From: Oopsacas minuta
Lineage: Eukaryota; Animalia; Porifera
Length of the DNA: 9,371 nt
Direction of reading: 5' to 3'
NCBI GenBank assembly: GCA_024704765.1
Contig: JAKMXF010000172.1
Coordinates: 1-9,371 of the forward strand
Translations under genes and position numbers: made by a program
Part shown: piece after piece, positions 5,824 to 9,371 of the stretch
Numbering within the stretch: position 1 is the stretch's first letter
How the letters are laid out: the number at the start of each line of letters is the position of its first letter
Notes under the pieces: model-generated
What the model was told of the DNA's origin: nothing
Databases searched by the model: none
The model's input: only the letters and a program-made list of their open reading frames with translations

Positions 5824-7890
5824 ATGTTTGAAATAGCATGTGCAATAATTGTTATAACTGTTGTGGGTAGCCTTCTTTACATCATTAGCATTTTAACCGA
5901 ATTGATAAGGCAACAATTAACTCAGAACAATAACTCGAAAGGTGCCATCAGCAAGTAATTTAAGTCCAGCTGAAGTCTTACAAGAACCTGTGCTAAATAA
6001 TCTCATTCATCCAATTCTCGGGTATCATAAAGTAAAGTAAATTAATGAAAAGCAAATAGATGGTTCAACAGAATATATTTCAACAAATCCAAATTGCCAA
6101 GAAGAACGTTACTTGAGTTCACTTCAAAATGTGCCACAATTGTATGGATTTCGAAATGAAGCACTTGAGAGTAAGAAAGACAACTGGAAGAAAAGTCGAG
6201 GTCAAATCTTTTCCGCACATTAGACAATGATTCGAAAATGGTGGAAAATAAACTCAAAATGAAACTAAAAAACATTCAGTGTTTCATGAAAACGTTGGAA
6301 TACTGAAAATATATAAGCTAAATTTGCTCCAGGTTTCCATTGATGAAAACTCAAAACTGATAAAGTTCGAATTCTGAAAGTCCAGCATTAGAATATCTGC
6401 GACAACGAGAAAGTAATTCTATTAGTAGGTGCCACAGGTTCTGGGAAGACCACGCTCATCAATAGCATGATGAACTATGTGTTTGGCGTACAATATGAAG
6501 ACGAATATCGTTTCAAATTGGTTACGGAGGATGGTGATGGGTACCGAAATCAGGCTCGCAGCCAAACAACATGGACAACAGCATATACAATTCATCACCA
6601 AAAGGAATTCAAAGTAAATTACACATTGACTATATAGACACTCCTGGTTTCGGGGATACGAAGGGAATACAAAGGGATACAGAGATTACGAAGCAGATTC
6701 AAAAATTCTTCACTGCTACAGGAAATTTAGGAATAGACCATATTAATGCAGTCGGTTTAGTAGCTCAATCATCTCTTTCACGACTTACATTCACACAGAA
6801 ATATATTTTAGATCAGATACTGTTACTCTTCGGGAAGGACATAAGTGAGAATATCTACCTAATGCTTACATTCGTGGATGGACAAGTTCCTCAGGTTTTG
6901 AATGGCATTAAGGAGGCCAACTTGCCATACCAGGATTATTTCAAATTCAATAACTCGGTAAGTTTTGAAGAAAATTCATCAGAAGATCAGTTCACTACAA
7001 TGTTTCTGGAAGATGGGAATGGGGAGTTTTCAAAATTTCTTCAATAATTTTTCTAAGATCTCCCCAAAATCGCTCACACAAACTAAGTTAGTATTAGAAG
7101 AAAGGGAACGGATCGAAACGCAAATTGAAGGACTTCAAATCGAGGCGAAACTTGGTCTCTCCAAGTTAGAACAACTGAAAAATGAAGTAGAAATCGTGTT
7201 GCAACATGAATCAGATATTAATCGTAACGAAGACTTTACGTATGTAGTTGCAGAAGATCAGATTGTTAAACATGACATAGAACCCAACACTTACGTTACG
7301 AATTGCCTGAAATGCTATTTCACATGCTCATATGCGAATGATGATGATAAGCATAAATGTTCTGCTATGGATGGTGGGGGTAAGACGGATGCCCATTGTA
7401 CAGTGTGTACTAATAGATGTCATTGGACACAACACAAGAATATGAGATATTATTTTACTACCGAGCGTAAACTGTTACTAAGATATCAAGATGCGAATGG
7501 TAGAGTAAAGTCAACCCAGCAAATTGTCAATGATATGGTGGACGAGTTTGAGGTTATTCAAGTCAAAATAGTTGGAATTACGGAAGTGTTGCGCAGGAGT
7601 ATAAAAAACTGGATAAGATAGCTCTAAAACCCCATTCACCCTCTACTAGTCAATATATTTCCATCCTAATTGAATCTGAGAAATCGTCAGTAAAACCTGG
7701 TTGGCAAAGTAGAGTACAACAATTAACCGAAGTGAAGGAGAAGATAAACAATCTTACTGAAATAACTCAAGAAGGTTTCGACCCATTTGAAACCTATAAG
7801 CGCAAGATCCAAGAAGAAAGGCAGACCAAACAAGGTGTATGGTGTGCAGTGGATGCCTATCTTCAGAAAATACAATACTGGGTAGTGTAG
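5824..7890 (+). pseudogene. Pseudogenised paralogue of the membrane-anchored TRAFAC GTPase
   Basis: It starts MFEIACAIIVITVVGSLLYIISILTEL (hydrophobic). GATGSGKT is at 6428-6451, DTPG begins at 6637, TFVD follows, the Cys module begins at 7304, and the tail ...YLQKIQYWVV ends at TAG 7888-7890. A hand count gives 132/167 aa identity to the left copy across the G-domain core. Lesions: TGA 6375-6377 (Gly in the intact copy), 1-nt deletions at ~6403, ~6635 and ~7605, a 1-nt insertion at 7006, net in-frame deletions of 4 and 8 codons (~7327, ~7470), and further stops/shifts in 5950-6280. ORF-track entries 6571..7047 and 6965..7621 are pieces of this gene. Confidence 0.9.
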
Positions 7891-8012
7891 TTAACATAAG
7901 TGCTCAAGAAGCTTTAGCTCGTATTTAGGTTCCCTTATCTATTTCCCCATATCTAATGGATTGTTTCCTGTGTGCTTTAGATAGTTCATCAGTTGTGTTT
8001 GCTTGGTACATA

Positions 8013-8018
8013 AATAAA
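8013..8018 (+). other. Candidate polyadenylation signal of the plus-strand paralogue
   Basis: AATAAA ~120 nt after stop 7890. Weak, because the hexamer is common in AT-rich DNA. Confidence 0.2.
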
Positions 8019-8129
8019 TTGATGATTGTAGATATCAGAGGCAAATATATTACGTAAGGTATCAAATTATTAAATATTTCACTGGACTCATCAGTCAATC
8101 GTTTAACCAACACTTTAAGCAGGGACGGC

Positions 8130-8206
8130 CAGTGGCGGATCCAGGAATCTCTGGTGGGGGGGATATCAACCCAGCTGGGGGTCTGGGGGGCGAAGCCCCT
8201 GGCCAC
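8130..8206 (+). mobile_element. Truncated GC-rich MITE fragment, probably PIF/Harbinger-like
   Basis: It begins CAGTGGCGGATCCAGG and contains GGGGGTCTGGGGGGCGAAGCCCC, a terminus/internal combination I recognise from widespread non-autonomous DNA transposons. It is an abrupt GC island. No matching right TIR is present, and the superfamily call is from memory. Confidence 0.5.
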
Positions 8207-8262
8207 CCAACTAACTGCAATTTCATGTGTATTTAATTCTATTCTCACTGATTGAGGTCTNA

Positions 8263-8878
8263 ATAACAATTTCCGCAGTAGATGCACCTGGAGGTCCTAT
8301 ACGCTACACAGCATACACTAATGTATCAATTACCATACTGGATATTAATGATAATTTTCCAATATTCACTACTAATCACCAATACAAATCTTTCCCTGAG
8401 AATACACCAGTTACTACAAGCATAGCCCAGTTCATTGCTACTGATATGGACATAGGTCTCAATAGCCAGATTCGTTATTATATTCCCCCCGGGTGATTTT
8501 GTTGTTGACCCCCTATCTGGAGTCGTGTCAGTACACAATTTCTTAGACAGAGAAATGAATGCTTATTATACGATACAAATATCAGCTGTTGATCAAGGCT
8601 TTCCAGGTAATACTGCTTTAGCTACTCTTGATGTTAATATTGATGACGTCAATGATAATCCTCCTATATTCACTGAATATACTTACATAGTAATTGTGGA
8701 AGAAGATACACCAGTTAGTTCTATTATCTTGACTGTACAGGCTGTTGATATAGATTTTGGTTCCAATAGTGCGGTTATGTATTCTATAGTGTCTCAATCA
8801 GCTGATTATTTTGAAGTAGAATCAAGTATTGGCGCTATTACACTCAAAAGGACATTAATCAATGTTGAAACTGAAAGA
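8263..8878 (+). pseudogene. Cadherin extracellular-repeat coding fragment (end of one repeat, one full repeat, most of a third); frameshifted, so either a pseudo-exon or an exon with a sequence error
   Basis: Ca2+-binding motifs DINDNFPIF, PE, DMD, LDRE, AVDQG, DVNDNPPIF and DID are present. ORFs 8227..8496 and 8525..8899 join into one reading (YYIPP-GDFVVDPLSGVVSVHNFLDRE) if one base is removed from CCCCCCGGG (8485-8493). The cadherin subfamily cannot be assigned. Confidence 0.85.
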
Positions 8879-8947
8879 ACCGAATATCAATATTCATGAA
8901 TGGTGGATTAACCGAATACCGAATACTGATATTCAGTTGCAGCCTTG
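8879..8947 (+). mobile_element. Right-terminal fragment of an hAT-like element truncating the cadherin fragment
   Basis: ACCGAATA occurs three times (8879, 8911, 8918), followed by GTTGCAGCCTTG (8936-8947), which resembles a (C/T)AGGGCTGCAAC-type TIR with subterminal repeats. No left TIR is seen in the window. Confidence 0.5.
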
Positions 8948-9371
8948 GTTTTTATTTATTTGTTAAATTATTAGATGAAAAATATGTGAATAAGATTTGT
9001 GTATGACTAAATATAGGTGAAATATTGTAAGAAGTCACATACTCAGATTATATCACTGTAATACAGTAATGATAGAATGTCGAAACTTATTAGAATCCTC
9101 ATGTGCAATTCGTGCTACAAAATAAATCTCAGAATTATGTCCCAGACTGGAATACATACAATTCGTGACATGAGTATAGAAGAACAGGATTGTGTTTCTA
9201 GAGAAGCTAAGAAGCGTAAAAGTTAACTAAATTTACTCAAAAATATTACTGAATAGAAATTTACAAAACTCCGTATACATGAAAGATCTTCTCCTTCTCA
9301 TCAGTAAATAATAGAATGTTATTGCTTGATTAACTTTTGCATGTACATACGAGATACTAGATCAAAGTGAT

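Noticed and set aside
6370-7620. Programmed frameshifting, stop readthrough or micro-introns rescuing the right copy
   Set aside because: There are too many independent lesions of mixed sign, no slippery-site/pseudoknot context, and no GT-AG pairs bracketing the shifts. The paralogue is colinear without introns.
6571-7621. ORFs 6571..7047 and 6965..7621 as two overlapping genes or an operon
   Set aside because: Alignment to the intact paralogue shows they are consecutive pieces of one gene split by 1-nt indels at ~6635, 7006 and ~7605.
2-7890. Bacterial origin or contamination suggested by the intronless GTPase genes
   Set aside because: TATA-box promoters, eukaryotic DNA transposons, pseudogene decay and an adjacent animal-type cadherin fragment indicate a metazoan locus. 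There are no Shine-Dalgarno or operon features.
8156-8190. Potential G-quadruplex (G7, G5 and G6 runs)
   Set aside because: There are only three separate tracts and they lie inside a common MITE fragment; nothing suggests function.
6042-8538. Minus-strand ORFs 6042..6275, 7925..8287 and 8326..8538
   Set aside because: They are antisense to the pseudogene or cadherin fragment, or run through a MITE and an N. No protein motifs are recognisable.
8867-8876. ISRE/IRF-like GAAACTGAAA
   Set aside because: It lies at the cadherin/TE junction far from either GTPase promoter and is expected by chance in A-rich DNA.
1-9371. Species assignment (the compact, intron-poor, AT-rich style suggested a sponge or other invertebrate)
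   Set aside because: This is an impression only and cannot be supported without a database search.

Overview
AT-rich eukaryotic (animal-type) genomic DNA. Its main content is a divergent (head-to-head) pair of intronless paralogues encoding an uncharacterised TRAFAC-class P-loop GTPase of the septin/AIG1(GIMAP)/Toc34-like group. The left copy (minus strand, ATG at 1828, open for 609 codons to the window edge) is intact. It is missing from the supplied ORF track, presumably because its stop lies outside the window. Its architecture is N-terminal transmembrane anchor, variable linker, G domain, coiled coil, Cys/His-rich module, helical tail. The right copy (plus strand, 5824-7890) is a pseudogene with several frameshifts, nonsense codons and in-frame deletions. 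Both copies share a 19/20-identical TATA-containing element 43-44 nt upstream of their ATGs. The ~4-kb spacer holds nested Helitron-like elements with a ~140-bp internal repeat, two related hAT-type MITEs and faint coding relics. The right end holds a frameshifted cadherin-repeat fragment between two transposon remnants. All translations and alignments were done by hand; no database search was run.
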